A stretch of DNA of 64,000 bases from Actinomycetota bacterium (GCA_046048135.1 JBJOGR010000044.1:3300-67299); one strand, 5' to 3'; numbered from the stretch's first letter, positions 1 to 9,102 are shown. The notes: a model not told the origin generated them from the letters alone. Numbers and translations: made by a program.

Positions 1-47
1 AGAACCGAAATGAATGGAATTGCAAACAACCATCAGAAGGGTGCCTA

Positions 48-1019
48 ATGTTTTTACCTGGAGTACTTGTTGCAGCACAAGCTGAAGTTCGAGAACAAGA
101 TGTTGTAACACCTTTTGAAGAAGTACTTTTAGTGATCATGGTGTTTGTGATCATGTTTGGTTTAGGAGCTGGATTAACTCCTAGAGATTTTCGTCAAGCT
201 TTAAAAAGACCTTGGGGATTAATTATTGGTTGGGTAACCCAATTTGGAATTATGCCTTTATTGGCATTTGTATTAGTTACTACTTTTTTATTTCAGCTAC
301 CTAGTGAATATGCAATACCTGTAGCAATTGGTGCATTAATTATGGGTTGTGTTCCAGCAGGAACTACTTCAAATATTTTCACTTATTTTTCTAAAGGCAA
401 TTTAGCTTTAAGTGTGATCATGACTACGAATTCAACTCTTTGGGCAATAATTATGACACCGTTATCCTTATATATTTATCTTGGCTTACTTTTACCTGAT
501 GGAGGAATAGCTCAACAAATTCCGCCAAGAAATATTATTGTTACGTTAGTAATTTTATTAATTCCTGTTGTGTTAGGAATGTTAATCAGAAAATACAGCG
601 CAAATATCGGAGCAGTTCTTGAACTCTTGGGTGGGTTAATCGGAGTGTTCTTTATTTTGTTTTTGCTTTCTACTTGGGTCCCAAGAAACTGGGGACTACT
701 TTCATCAACTCCTTGGCAAACTTATGTTGTAGCAATCGGTCTTGGTTTATTTGGAATAGTGGTTGCATATTTATTAACCCGAGGTTTCAAAATGCATCCA
801 ATGAATGCTCGAACTATTGCATTAGAAACAGGTATTCAAAACGGTCCACTTGGAATTGCAATTGTGTTATTAAACTTTAGTGGTGATCCAAGAATTGGTT
901 TAGTGCTAATAGTTCCTGCTCTATACTCACTCTTTATTGTGTTGATTGCCACAGCAGTAACTTTTTGGTTTAGAAAAGCAAACTTAGCCGAAGAGCAAAA
1001 GATTCCAAGTCTTCTCTAG
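48..1019 (+). CDS. bile acid:sodium symporter (BASS/SBF) family membrane transporter
   Basis: 323-aa polytopic membrane ORF. Segments GCVPAGTTSNIFTY and ALETGIQNGPLGIAI resemble the two BASS signature regions. Family recalled, not searched. Confidence 0.6.
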   Translation: MFLPGVLVAAQAEVREQDVVTPFEEVLLVIMVFVIMFGLGAGLTPRDFRQALKRPWGLIIGWVTQFGIMPLLAFVLVTTFLFQLPSEYAIPVAIGALIMGCVPAGTTSNIFTYFSKGNLALSVIMTTNSTLWAIIMTPLSLYIYLGLLLPDGGIAQQIPPRNIIVTLVILLIPVVLGMLIRKYSANIGAVLELLGGLIGVFFILFLLSTWVPRNWGLLSSTPWQTYVVAIGLGLFGIVVAYLLTRGFKMHPMNARTIALETGIQNGPLGIAIVLLNFSGDPRIGLVLIVPALYSLFIVLIATAVTFWFRKANLAEEQKIPSLL

Positions 1020-1081
1020 TTTTGCACAAATGCACTAACTTTAAAATTAAATATTAATTACCAATTAGTATAATTAAAATA

Positions 1082-1672
1082 ATGAAAAAATTTGATCGAA
1101 TAGGTTTACAAAGCGGCCTACTAGTTTTAGTTACATTAATATTGCATCATTTTGCAGGTGGCCAAGTACCAAATGTTTTAATAATTTTTGCAATCTGGTT
1201 ATCCTTTTTTATTTTAGGTTTAATTTTTTTCAAATTTTTCAAAACCTTAAATGGATCCCTTGCACTTTCGCTAGTGTCTCAACCATTTTTACATTTTATA
1301 TTTGAAAAAACTGCAGTAAATACAAATGTTACTTGCGTAGCTATGAATGATCATTCTTATCATTATGTAAGTAGTAGTTGTAATGAAATAGCCAATTCAG
1401 GCCATAGCCATGCTGGATCATTAACGGTCATGGTTATTTTTCATATTTTAGCCATATTTTTTATCCAGATATTTTCTATTTTGGCTGATAAGGTTATAAA
1501 CAAAACAAAAATATTTATAAATAGAATTTGGAACTTTGTTAATCAGAACATACCAAATTTAAAGTTTTTAAATCCACTAAAAGACATCAAAGCAATTCCA
1601 GTAAATTTATTTTTATTAGAGTTGGTTTTAAAAAATATAGTTATTCGACGCGGTCCTCCTATTTTCTCCTAG
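1082..1672 (+). CDS. hypothetical His/Cys-rich integral membrane protein
   Basis: 196-aa ORF in very AT-rich DNA with 3-4 hydrophobic helices. It has a central HSYHYVSSSCNEIANSGHSHAGS patch and a C-terminal RRGPP. It lies directly upstream of the ycnI-like gene. No family recognised. Confidence 0.4.
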   Translation: MKKFDRIGLQSGLLVLVTLILHHFAGGQVPNVLIIFAIWLSFFILGLIFFKFFKTLNGSLALSLVSQPFLHFIFEKTAVNTNVTCVAMNDHSYHYVSSSCNEIANSGHSHAGSLTVMVIFHILAIFFIQIFSILADKVINKTKIFINRIWNFVNQNIPNLKFLNPLKDIKAIPVNLFLLELVLKNIVIRRGPPIFS

Positions 1673-1730
1673 ACAAAAGAGATCAAACACCAAAGCAAAT
1701 TGCTTTGAGTTGCTTAAAATAGGAGAAATT

Positions 1731-2381
1731 TTGAAAAATATAAGAAGAAATACAGTAATTGCTTTTGTAATTACATTTTTTTCAGTAATTACAAATACGT
1801 CAGCGGCATTTGCACACGCTACAGTTCAAGATGCAAATGCAGTTGCAAACGGCTACGGATCATTTTCAATTCGGATACCTCATGGATGTGAAGCAAAAGC
1901 AACAGATTCAGTTGTCTTTGTAATTCCATCTGATGTAACAGGTGTTAAGCCGGAAAGAAAAGCTGGTTGGTCAACCCAAATTGAAAAATCAGAAAATAAT
2001 CCAACAACTGTTACTTATATAGCAGAAGTTGGACTACCAGATGATCAATTTGAGGATTTTGGTTTTTCAGTTAAGTGGCCTGATAAACCAAATCAAACAA
2101 TATATTTTGAGGTAACTCAAAATTGTGGAGACAAGCAAACTATTTGGAATGAAATTCCAAAAGAAGGCGAAGATTCACATTCACTTGATCATCCTGCACC
2201 ATCGGTGACTTTGTCTGCTCCAGAAAGTCATGATCACGGTGCTACACACTCAGATGAAATGGCAAAAGAAGTTTCATCTACTGTTGCTGAAGAAAACAAT
2301 TTATTGCCAATAATCTATGCAGTTATTGCTGGATTAGTTGCAGGAGTTGTTTCTTCTTATCTATTTACAAGAAAAAGATAA
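1731..2381 (+). CDS. YcnI/DUF1775-family copper-binding cell-surface protein
   Basis: Signal peptide ending AFA, then a mature N-terminal HATV, an IRIPHGCE motif and a C-terminal TM anchor. Start moved from the ORF-track TTG at 1710 to TTG 1731 (AGGAG at 1721-1725, 5-nt spacer). Confidence 0.7.
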   Translation: MKNIRRNTVIAFVITFFSVITNTSAAFAHATVQDANAVANGYGSFSIRIPHGCEAKATDSVVFVIPSDVTGVKPERKAGWSTQIEKSENNPTTVTYIAEVGLPDDQFEDFGFSVKWPDKPNQTIYFEVTQNCGDKQTIWNEIPKEGEDSHSLDHPAPSVTLSAPESHDHGATHSDEMAKEVSSTVAEENNLLPIIYAVIAGLVAGVVSSYLFTRKR

Positions 2382-2387
2382 ATAAAA

Positions 2388-2423
2388 AATGGTGTCCGGT
2401 ATCGATTGGTACCGGACACCATT
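2388..2423. terminator. 14-bp stem hairpin between ycnI-like and tlpA-like genes
   Basis: AATGGTGTCCGGTA (2388-2401) pairs with TACCGGACACCATT (2410-2423). An A-tract precedes it on the + strand, so the U-tract follows the hairpin only on the - strand. Confidence 0.5.
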
Positions 2424-2441
2424 ACTGCATAGAATATAAAT

Positions 2442-3014
2442 ATGAAATTTAAGGTAATTCCTATACTTTTACTTGCTTCAATAACATTGGGATGTAGTGC
2501 AGATGAAAATCGTGGAGCATTTTTAGAAAACAACGCTACAAATTATTTAACTCCAAAGTGCCCGACCTCTGATCTAGAAGCAAAACTCGCAAAAGGAGTT
2601 ATTGCTCCTGCAGTTTTGGAGTGTTTAGGGCATGAACAATTAGTAAATTTAGCTGGTATTTCCAGTGATAAACCTTTGGTAATTAGTTTTTGGGCTTCTT
2701 GGTGCACAATTTGTGAAGATGACGCTATTGCATTTAATTCAGCATATAAAAAGTTGAATGGAAAAATTAATTTTCTAGGAATTGCCTACCAAGATATTGA
2801 AAAAGAATCATTACAAGCTTCATATAAATGGCAATTACCTTTTGCAAGTGTTCAAGACCCAAGGAGTTTGTTGAGAGAATTCTATGGAATTACAGGTCTT
2901 CCTATAACTTTATTAGTTGATAAAAATGGCAAGTTAATTGAAAGAATCAATGGCCCAATTGGTCAACCACAAGAATTTATTAATCGTTTAAGTGAAAAAT
3001 TAATTTCTTATTAA
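2442..3014 (+). CDS. TlpA/ResA-like thiol:disulfide oxidoreductase lipoprotein
   Basis: Lipobox LASITLGC and a thioredoxin-fold active site WASWCTIC (CxxC), at the typical TlpA length. Confidence 0.75.
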   Translation: MKFKVIPILLLASITLGCSADENRGAFLENNATNYLTPKCPTSDLEAKLAKGVIAPAVLECLGHEQLVNLAGISSDKPLVISFWASWCTICEDDAIAFNSAYKKLNGKINFLGIAYQDIEKESLQASYKWQLPFASVQDPRSLLREFYGITGLPITLLVDKNGKLIERINGPIGQPQEFINRLSEKLISY

Positions 3015-3464
3015 CTACCAGCGCATTTTTACTTTGTTACAGTTGGCATGCAACTGATCTTCTAAAGCAATAATTTGACCATTTATTCCAGCTCTAACAT
3101 CTACTTGATCTGTCGGAAAATAGGTTGAGGCTCTCGTGGCATAAAGGTTAGACATTTGTTGCATTAAATCTTTACATACACCATATGATGCATTGGCATA
3201 CTTTTTAATTTTTTCAGCTGCTGCATATTCTTTTCCAGCCATACTTTCAGCAGAAATTTTTCCTAAAACTCTATAGTTATGCTCATTTATATAATGTTGA
3301 TTATCGGTTATAGCAAAATTTCTTAATTGTTTTGTATTAGCAGTTTTTCCACATTTGCTTGTTTCAGATTTACATTTTGCTTTAGGTAAATATGCAAAAC
3401 TTGGAGAAGAGAAAACGAATAAAAGTAGAAACGAAGTTATTGTTACAGTTATTTTCTTTTTCAT
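3015..3464 (-). CDS. secreted Cys-containing hypothetical protein
   Basis: 149-aa ORF with an N-terminal signal peptide (MKKKITVTITSFLLLFVFSSPSFA) and five Cys in the mature part. No family recognised. Its stop codon abuts the tlpA-like stop. Confidence 0.45.
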   Translation of the reverse strand: MKKKITVTITSFLLLFVFSSPSFAYLPKAKCKSETSKCGKTANTKQLRNFAITDNQHYINEHNYRVLGKISAESMAGKEYAAAEKIKKYANASYGVCKDLMQQMSNLYATRASTYFPTDQVDVRAGINGQIIALEDQLHANCNKVKMRW

Positions 3465-3489
3465 ATTCTCTTTCTATCTTAAATTTTTA

Positions 3490-3523
3490 GGGCCATTTCG
3501 CAATTTAACTCGCGAAATGGCCC
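3490..3523 (-). terminator. hairpin downstream of the Lys-rich gene
   Basis: GGGCCATTTCGC (3490-3501) pairs with GCGAAATGGCCC (3512-3523) around a 10-nt loop. No clean U-tract on the - strand (I-shaped type). Confidence 0.5.
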
Positions 3524-3560
3524 TAAAGCTTTTTAGCCAAACAAGTACTTAACTAGTTAA

Positions 3561-3911
3561 TTACCAGCTAAGTGGATTGAATGGTGATGGTGCAGGAGTT
3601 TCTGCTGCTGGTGCAGCTGGTGCTGCAGCCTTTGGAGCAGATTTCTTAGAAGACTTCTTTTTAGAAGCTTTCTTTTTTGTAGCTTTTTTCTTTGAAGATT
3701 TCTTTGCAGATTTCTTCTTCGCTACCTTCTTTTTTGTAACTTTTTTCTTTGAAGATTTCTTTGCAGACTTCTTCTTAGTTACTTTCTTTTTTGCTACCTT
3801 GCGTTTCGCGCTCTTTTTAGAGGCGCTTTTTTTTGACTTCTTACGTGCTGCCACTATTCCTCCGTACGGGGTGGAAATTACTGCATTTATTCTCGCACTA
3901 TATAGATCCAT
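3561..3911 (-). CDS. lysine/alanine-rich histone H1-like nucleoid-associated protein
   Basis: Most of the protein is KKK(V/A)(T/A)KKKSAKKSSKK-type repeats followed by a PAAPAA tail. An alternative start is GTG 3854, preceded by GGAGGA (3858-3863), which would give MAARKKSKK. The + strand 3577-3930 ORF is its mirror image. Confidence 0.65.
   Translation of the reverse strand: MDLYSARINAVISTPYGGIVAARKKSKKSASKKSAKRKVAKKKVTKKKSAKKSSKKKVTKKKVAKKKSAKKSSKKKATKKKASKKKSSKKSAPKAAAPAAPAAETPAPSPFNPLSW
3684..3797. repeat. 57-bp (19-codon) tandem repeat inside the Lys-rich gene
   Basis: 3684-3740 and 3741-3797 are near-identical (TTTTTTCTTTGAAGATTTCTTTGCAGA...). A degenerate third copy lies just upstream, from about 3627. 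The repeat is in-frame, with no spacers. Confidence 0.8.
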
Positions 3912-4085
3912 AATTACAGCCAGACCCTAGTTTTTTCCTGGGCAAATCTGCACCTTTGGTCCATAATTTCGTGCTTAATCTCAAGGCTAGAAAGCATGAC
4001 TTATAAAAACGTGTTACCTTGAAAATAGGAGGAAATTAAAAGGCCTCTAAAAAGTTAGTTCTTCTAAAGGAGACAAAGAAAAAAG

Positions 4086-4916
4086 ATGGAATCTAGAAAT
4101 CCAGTCATACGTCGTTATGCCGACTTTCAACAACCTGGGTCTGTTTTAAATAACAGAGGCGGCTTCGACAGTTCAATTCTTACTTCAACGCCAGTTGAAC
4201 AAACACAAGAAAAAACCTTTCCTGGTGTAACACCAGCAAAACCTGGCGAAAGAGTTGTAACTATGGATGACGTAGTTATGAAATCTTTTGTCATGTTAGG
4301 ACTTTTACTTGTTGGTGCATTTGTAGGTTGGAATGCTCCAGGTTTAGCAATCATGGCAGCAATTGCTGGCCTTGTGCTTGGTTTAGTTAACACATTTAAG
4401 AAAAATGTTTCACCAGCTCTAGTAATTGCATATGCATTAATGCAAGGAGTATTTGTTGGTGGAATTTCCTACATCTATCAAAACTTGATTGTTGCCGATG
4501 GAACAAACATTGTTGGTAACACAATTATGAGCACGATAGTTGCTTTTGGAACTATGTTGTTCTTATTCAGATCAGGAATCATCAAAGTTGATGCGAAATT
4601 TACTCGCATGATGATGGTGGCAATGATTTCTTATTTAGTAATCGCTGTTATTTCTTTAATCGCTGCATTCATGGGAGTTGGAAATGGATGGGGCTTTTAT
4701 GGCGTAGGTGGAATTGGAATATTGCTTGCTCTATTTGGAGTAGGTCTTGCCACATTCTCATTAATGCTTGATTTCCAAGCGATTCGTTCAGCAATTACCA
4801 TGAATTTGCCAGAAAAAGAATCGTGGAGATTAGCTTTTGGATTAACCGTAACTTTAGTTTGGTTATATCTAGAAATGTTACGTCTTTTTGCAATCCTTGC
4901 AGGAAGAAGAGAATAA
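4086..4916 (+). CDS. Bax inhibitor-1/YccA family membrane protein
   Basis: N-terminus M.SRNPV..R, a soluble leader and then 7 hydrophobic helices. This is the typical actinobacterial BI-1/YccA architecture. Confidence 0.7.
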   Translation: MESRNPVIRRYADFQQPGSVLNNRGGFDSSILTSTPVEQTQEKTFPGVTPAKPGERVVTMDDVVMKSFVMLGLLLVGAFVGWNAPGLAIMAAIAGLVLGLVNTFKKNVSPALVIAYALMQGVFVGGISYIYQNLIVADGTNIVGNTIMSTIVAFGTMLFLFRSGIIKVDAKFTRMMMVAMISYLVIAVISLIAAFMGVGNGWGFYGVGGIGILLALFGVGLATFSLMLDFQAIRSAITMNLPEKESWRLAFGLTVTLVWLYLEMLRLFAILAGRRE

Positions 4917-4933
4917 CAAAAAATAATTACATT

Positions 4934-4967
4934 AAAGGGGCCAAGAAATTGGCCCCTTTAATTTTTT
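4934..4967. terminator. bidirectional intrinsic terminator between convergent genes
   Basis: AAAGGGGCCAA, GAAA loop, TTGGCCCCTTT, followed by AATTTTTT. An A-tract/U-tract is available on both strands. Confidence 0.8.
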
Positions 4968-5484
4968 AAACCATACTTGGGAAAAACACTCCAGTTCTTG
5001 CATGGCAGTCATAACCATTTGGGTTTTTCTTTAAATACTTTTGGTGGTATTCCTCAGCTTCAAAATATTCATGATCTTTACTTGGAATTATTTGAGTAGT
5101 GATAGGTCCAAAGCCTTCTTTTTTAATTGCTTCTTCGTAGATACTTTTAGTAATTTCTGCTTCTTGTTTTTGGGATTCATTTTCATAGAAAATCACACTG
5201 CGATATTGAGATCCAATGTCATTTCCTTGGCGATTTCCTTGAGTTGGATCATGAATTGTCCAAAACATTTCTAGCAATTGTCGATAAGAAACTTTTGAAG
5301 GATCAAATACAACTTTTACTGCTTCTGCATGATTTGTAGTACCTGTGCAAACTAATTCATAACTTGGGTTTTTAACATTTCCACCCATATAACCAACACT
5401 GGTTTCTAAAACACCTTCTGTTTGCCAAAATCTTCTTTCAGCACCCCAAAAGCAACCTAGTGCAAAATAAGCAGTTTCTTTCAT
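4966..5484 (-). CDS. msrA: peptide-methionine (S)-S-oxide reductase
   Basis: GCFWGAE active-site motif and full-length MsrA similarity. Start set at ATG 5484 (AGGAGA at 5492-5497, 7-nt spacer) rather than the ORF-track GTG 5502. Confidence 0.9.
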   Translation of the reverse strand: MKETAYFALGCFWGAERRFWQTEGVLETSVGYMGGNVKNPSYELVCTGTTNHAEAVKVVFDPSKVSYRQLLEMFWTIHDPTQGNRQGNDIGSQYRSVIFYENESQKQEAEITKSIYEEAIKKEGFGPITTQIIPSKDHEYFEAEEYHQKYLKKNPNGYDCHARTGVFFPSMV

Positions 5485-5541
5485 TATTAAATCTCCTAAC
5501 ACTTATTACCTATTGTGCTTTAAAAACTAAATTTGCGCGAA

Positions 5542-6777
5542 TTATTTATTTGTTTTTGGTTTTGTCTCAGGCATGATGCTAGAGAAAAATACGGCTAAGA
5601 GAGAAATTGCAGCACCAGTTAAAAAGGCTGCAGCAAAACCAAGTGAGTCAACTAAACTTCCTGCAACAATCGGACCAATGATTGAGCCAAAATCACTTGT
5701 CATCTGAAATGCAGCCACTACTGGTCCACTTTGTTTTCCACCAGTTACATCTCCTACAACAGCAGCTGGTGCAGATCCCATAAAAGCAGCACCCACTCCT
5801 GCAATTGCCATAGAAGCTAAAAATCCTATAGGTGTTTCAAAAATTACTAGAACTAAAACGGAAATAAACAAAGTGCTGGTTCCAAAAATCATAGATGGTT
5901 TTCTACCATTTAAATCTGTTGCTTTTCCTGCAAATGATAAAAATGCAGCTTGAGTAATGCTGGTTGCTAAAAATCCTAAACCAATTAATGAAGGAGTTGC
6001 TTTTAATTCTTCAACAACAAATATGGGAATGATTGATGATCTAATTCCAAACGAAACAAAACCTGTTGCCAAGTTCACAGATAATGCAGCAGCATATGCT
6101 CTATTTTTAACAGCTTTTAAAAGTAGTTTAAGTTGATTTAATACTTTTGATTTTTCTTTTTGTTGTCCATCTTTTTTCTCATGTTTATTTAAGAAAAACG
6201 CAGAAGCAGCAGCTGCAAATAAAAGAGTAAATGAATAAACAAAGAAAGGGGCTCGTAAAGAAATCGCAATTACTATGCCACCAACTGCAGGACCTGCCAA
6301 TCCACCAATTAAAAACCCACCTTGAAAGGCAGCAGCAGCTCTTCCTCTTTGATCAGCAGAAACAATTCGCAATAACAGGGAAAAAGATGCCACAGAAAAC
6401 ATGGTGCTACCTAAACCACCGGCACCTCGAAGAACAAGTAAGTGCACAAAATCATTTGCAAGACCTGCAAAAAAACTAGATAAAGAAACAATTAATAAAC
6501 CAATTGTTAAAACATTTCTTTCGCCAAATTTATTCACCCAATATCCAGCAAGAGGGGCTGAAGCAAATCTCATGAGTGCAAAAACTGAAACTACAGAACT
6601 TGCCGCAAAGGCAGTAACACCAAAAGATTTAGCAAAAACAGGAATTGCTGGGGCGACAATTCCAAATCCAATGGCTACAAAAAAAGCAATTAAAGCAATA
6701 ATTGCTACTTCATTAGGAAGACCTCTAAGCCAAGGGTTTTGTCTAATTTTTCTTGCTAAGCCATGAAATAAAGTCAC
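5542..6777 (-). CDS. MFS transporter
   Basis: 411 aa with about 12 TM helices in two halves separated by a charged loop (KHEKKDGQQKEKSK). Has a GxLaDrxGrr-like motif (NKFGERN). Confidence 0.75.
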   Translation of the reverse strand: MTLFHGLARKIRQNPWLRGLPNEVAIIALIAFFVAIGFGIVAPAIPVFAKSFGVTAFAASSVVSVFALMRFASAPLAGYWVNKFGERNVLTIGLLIVSLSSFFAGLANDFVHLLVLRGAGGLGSTMFSVASFSLLLRIVSADQRGRAAAAFQGGFLIGGLAGPAVGGIVIAISLRAPFFVYSFTLLFAAAASAFFLNKHEKKDGQQKEKSKVLNQLKLLLKAVKNRAYAAALSVNLATGFVSFGIRSSIIPIFVVEELKATPSLIGLGFLATSITQAAFLSFAGKATDLNGRKPSMIFGTSTLFISVLVLVIFETPIGFLASMAIAGVGAAFMGSAPAAVVGDVTGGKQSGPVVAAFQMTSDFGSIIGPIVAGSLVDSLGFAAAFLTGAAISLLAVFFSSIMPETKPKTNK

Positions 6778-6862
6778 AATGGGTTAAAGCCTAGAGCTTA
6801 GGTGGTTTAAACTAAATCAGATAGTCGCTTACAAGATTAAAACTATTGAATTGGAGAGTTAA

Positions 6863-8080
6863 ATGTCAGAAAAACATTTAGTTTCTCTTTCTGACATTGA
6901 AGATGCATCAAAAAGATTAACTGGAATCATCAGACCTACAGTCATGGTCCATGCCGGCTGGCTTGAAAGACAAATAAATCAACCTGTTTATTTAAAACCA
7001 GAAAATTTGCAAAGAGCAGGTTCATTCAAAATCCGTGGTGCCTACAACTTAATGTCTCAACTTTCTGAAGATGAAAAGAAAAAAGGTGTGGTTGCAGCAA
7101 GTGCAGGAAATCATGCACAAGGTGTTGCATTAGCTGCTCAACTTTTAGGAATTAAATCAAAAGTTTATATGCCAGTAAGTGCTTCGATTCCAAAAGTTTT
7201 AGCGACAAAAGGATATGGCGCAGAAGTTAAATTTGCTGGAGACACTATTGATGTTTCTATTGCCGAAGCAAGAAAAGATAGTGAACAAACTGGTTCAATT
7301 TTTATTTCTCCATTCGATCATCCCCATATTGTGGCAGGACAAGGAACTGTTGGTTTAGAAATAATTGATCAATTACCTGATGTAGAAACTGTATTAGTTT
7401 GCACAGGCGGTGGAGGATTAATTGCTGGATCTGCTTTAGCAATAAAGAAAAAAAATCCTAAAGTAAAAGTAATTGGAGTTCAGGCAGAAAATGCTGCTGC
7501 ATATCCGCAATCTTTAAAAGAAGGAAAACCTGTCGCTTTAAAATCAATGAATACTATTGCTGATGGAATTGCGGTTGGAAAACCTGGAGACGTTCCATTT
7601 GCAATCATAAAAGATTATGTGGATGAGATTATTACTGTTACCGAAAATGATTTATCAATTGGACTTTTACAAACACTAGAAAGAGGAAAACTTTTAGTTG
7701 AACCAGGAGGTGCTGCAGCAGTTGCGGCATTTATTGCTAATCCAAAAGTTTTTCAAGGACCAGTTGCCATAGTTTTATCAGGTGGAAATATTGATCCACT
7801 TTTACTGGAAAGAATTATGCAAACAGGTCTAGCAGCTGCTGGAAGATATTTAACAGTTCGAATCAGAATAAAAGATAAACCAGGTTCATTAGCAAAATTA
7901 TTATCAGAAATAGGTTCTTTGGGTGCAAATATTTTGGATGTTTTCCACTTAAGAACAGATCCAATGCTTGCCTTAGATGAAGTTGCGGTAAACATCACAA
8001 TGGAAACAAGAGGGCAAGATCACGAATCAGAAGTTTTACAAAGAATTAAAGCCCTAGGCCACGAAGCTCAAGTTCAGTAA
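6863..8080 (+). CDS. ilvA: threonine ammonia-lyase (biosynthetic-type, with C-terminal ACT-like domain)
   Basis: PLP-lysine motif SFKIRGA, glycine loop GGGGLIAG, and a C-terminal regulatory domain. Confidence 0.85.
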   Translation: MSEKHLVSLSDIEDASKRLTGIIRPTVMVHAGWLERQINQPVYLKPENLQRAGSFKIRGAYNLMSQLSEDEKKKGVVAASAGNHAQGVALAAQLLGIKSKVYMPVSASIPKVLATKGYGAEVKFAGDTIDVSIAEARKDSEQTGSIFISPFDHPHIVAGQGTVGLEIIDQLPDVETVLVCTGGGGLIAGSALAIKKKNPKVKVIGVQAENAAAYPQSLKEGKPVALKSMNTIADGIAVGKPGDVPFAIIKDYVDEIITVTENDLSIGLLQTLERGKLLVEPGGAAAVAAFIANPKVFQGPVAIVLSGGNIDPLLLERIMQTGLAAAGRYLTVRIRIKDKPGSLAKLLSEIGSLGANILDVFHLRTDPMLALDEVAVNITMETRGQDHESEVLQRIKALGHEAQVQ

Positions 8081-8121
8081 TTCAACTAAGATTGAATTAA
8101 ATCATTTATCAGGAGAATTAA

Positions 8122-9102
8122 TTGAGTATTGCTATTGAAGCAAATAATTTAGTTAAACATTATGGCGAAGTAAAAGCTTTAGACGGATTAAGTTTAAAAG
8201 TTGAACAAGGAAGTGTTTTTGGATTATTAGGTCCAAATGGAGCAGGTAAAACTACAACAGTAAGAGTTTTAACCACGCTCTTGACTCCAGATTCTGGATC
8301 CGCATTTGTTTCAGGAGTAGATGTAATTAATGATCCAGTTCATGCCAGAGAAATTATGGGTTTATCCGGCCAAAATGCAAGTGTTGATGAAAATTTAACT
8401 GGGGTAGAAAATCTAGTAATGCTTGGAAGACTTTTCAGATTACCTAGAAAAGAAGCTAATGAAAAAGCTATTGAATTGTTGGAAAGATTTAATTTAACTG
8501 ATGCTTCAAAAAGAATAGTTAAAACTTATTCAGGTGGAATGCGCAGAAGATTAGATTTAGCAGCTTCTTTGATTGCAAATCCAAATATTTTATTTTTAGA
8601 TGAGCCAACTACTGGTTTAGATCCAAGATCTCGCATGATGATGTGGGATGTAATTAAAGGCTTGGTTTCTTCTGGAACAACCGTATTGTTAACTACTCAA
8701 TATTTAGAAGAAGCAGATCAATTAGCAGACAAAATTGCAGTTATTGATAAAGGCAAAGTAATTGCTCAAGGCACTGCTGATGAATTAAAAACCCAAGTTG
8801 GGGGAGAAAGAATTGATGTAGTGGTTGATGAGACTAAAGCTCAAATTGCAGCAGATTCTCTGAAAAATATTGCATCTGGACCAGTTGTCGTAGAGGGAGA
8901 ACATGTTCAAGCACCAGTAACTGGTGGAGGCATAAAAGTTGTCGATGCGGTTAGAGCATTAGATGCAGCTTCTATTGTCATTAAAGAAATACAACTTAGA
9001 AGACCAACACTTGATGATGTGTTTTTAACTTTAACAGGACATCATGCTGAAGAAGTAAAAATCGAAGAAGATTTAGTAGAAACAAAAAGAGGTAGAAGAT
9101 AA
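8122..9102 (+). CDS. ABC exporter ATP-binding protein (DrrA-like)
   Basis: Walker A GPNGAGKTT, signature YSGGMRRR, Walker B LFLDEPTTGLD. TTG start after AGGAGA. Confidence 0.85.
   Translation: MSIAIEANNLVKHYGEVKALDGLSLKVEQGSVFGLLGPNGAGKTTTVRVLTTLLTPDSGSAFVSGVDVINDPVHAREIMGLSGQNASVDENLTGVENLVMLGRLFRLPRKEANEKAIELLERFNLTDASKRIVKTYSGGMRRRLDLAASLIANPNILFLDEPTTGLDPRSRMMMWDVIKGLVSSGTTVLLTTQYLEEADQLADKIAVIDKGKVIAQGTADELKTQVGGERIDVVVDETKAQIAADSLKNIASGPVVVEGEHVQAPVTGGGIKVVDAVRALDAASIVIKEIQLRRPTLDDVFLTLTGHHAEEVKIEEDLVETKRGRR

Noticed and set aside
3627-3797. Regular 57-bp repeats, considered as a possible CRISPR-like array.
   Set aside because: The repeats are contiguous with no unique spacers. They are in-frame coding sequence, they are not palindromic, and no cas genes are present.
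3577-3930. 117-aa Phe-rich ORF on the + strand.
   Set aside because: It is the exact mirror of the Lys-rich - strand gene (AAG/AAA read as CTT/TTT). It has no RBS and an implausible composition, so it is a shadow ORF.
6231-6766. Antisense ORFs inside the MFS gene. Comparable ones lie inside LysE (13003-13356), xseA (17663-18277), rmuC (20424-21089), dapD (41513-41818), pheA (39727-40191) and elsewhere.
   Set aside because: Each lies wholly within a longer, motif-supported gene on the opposite strand, with low-complexity or biased composition and no RBS. They are typical shadow ORFs.
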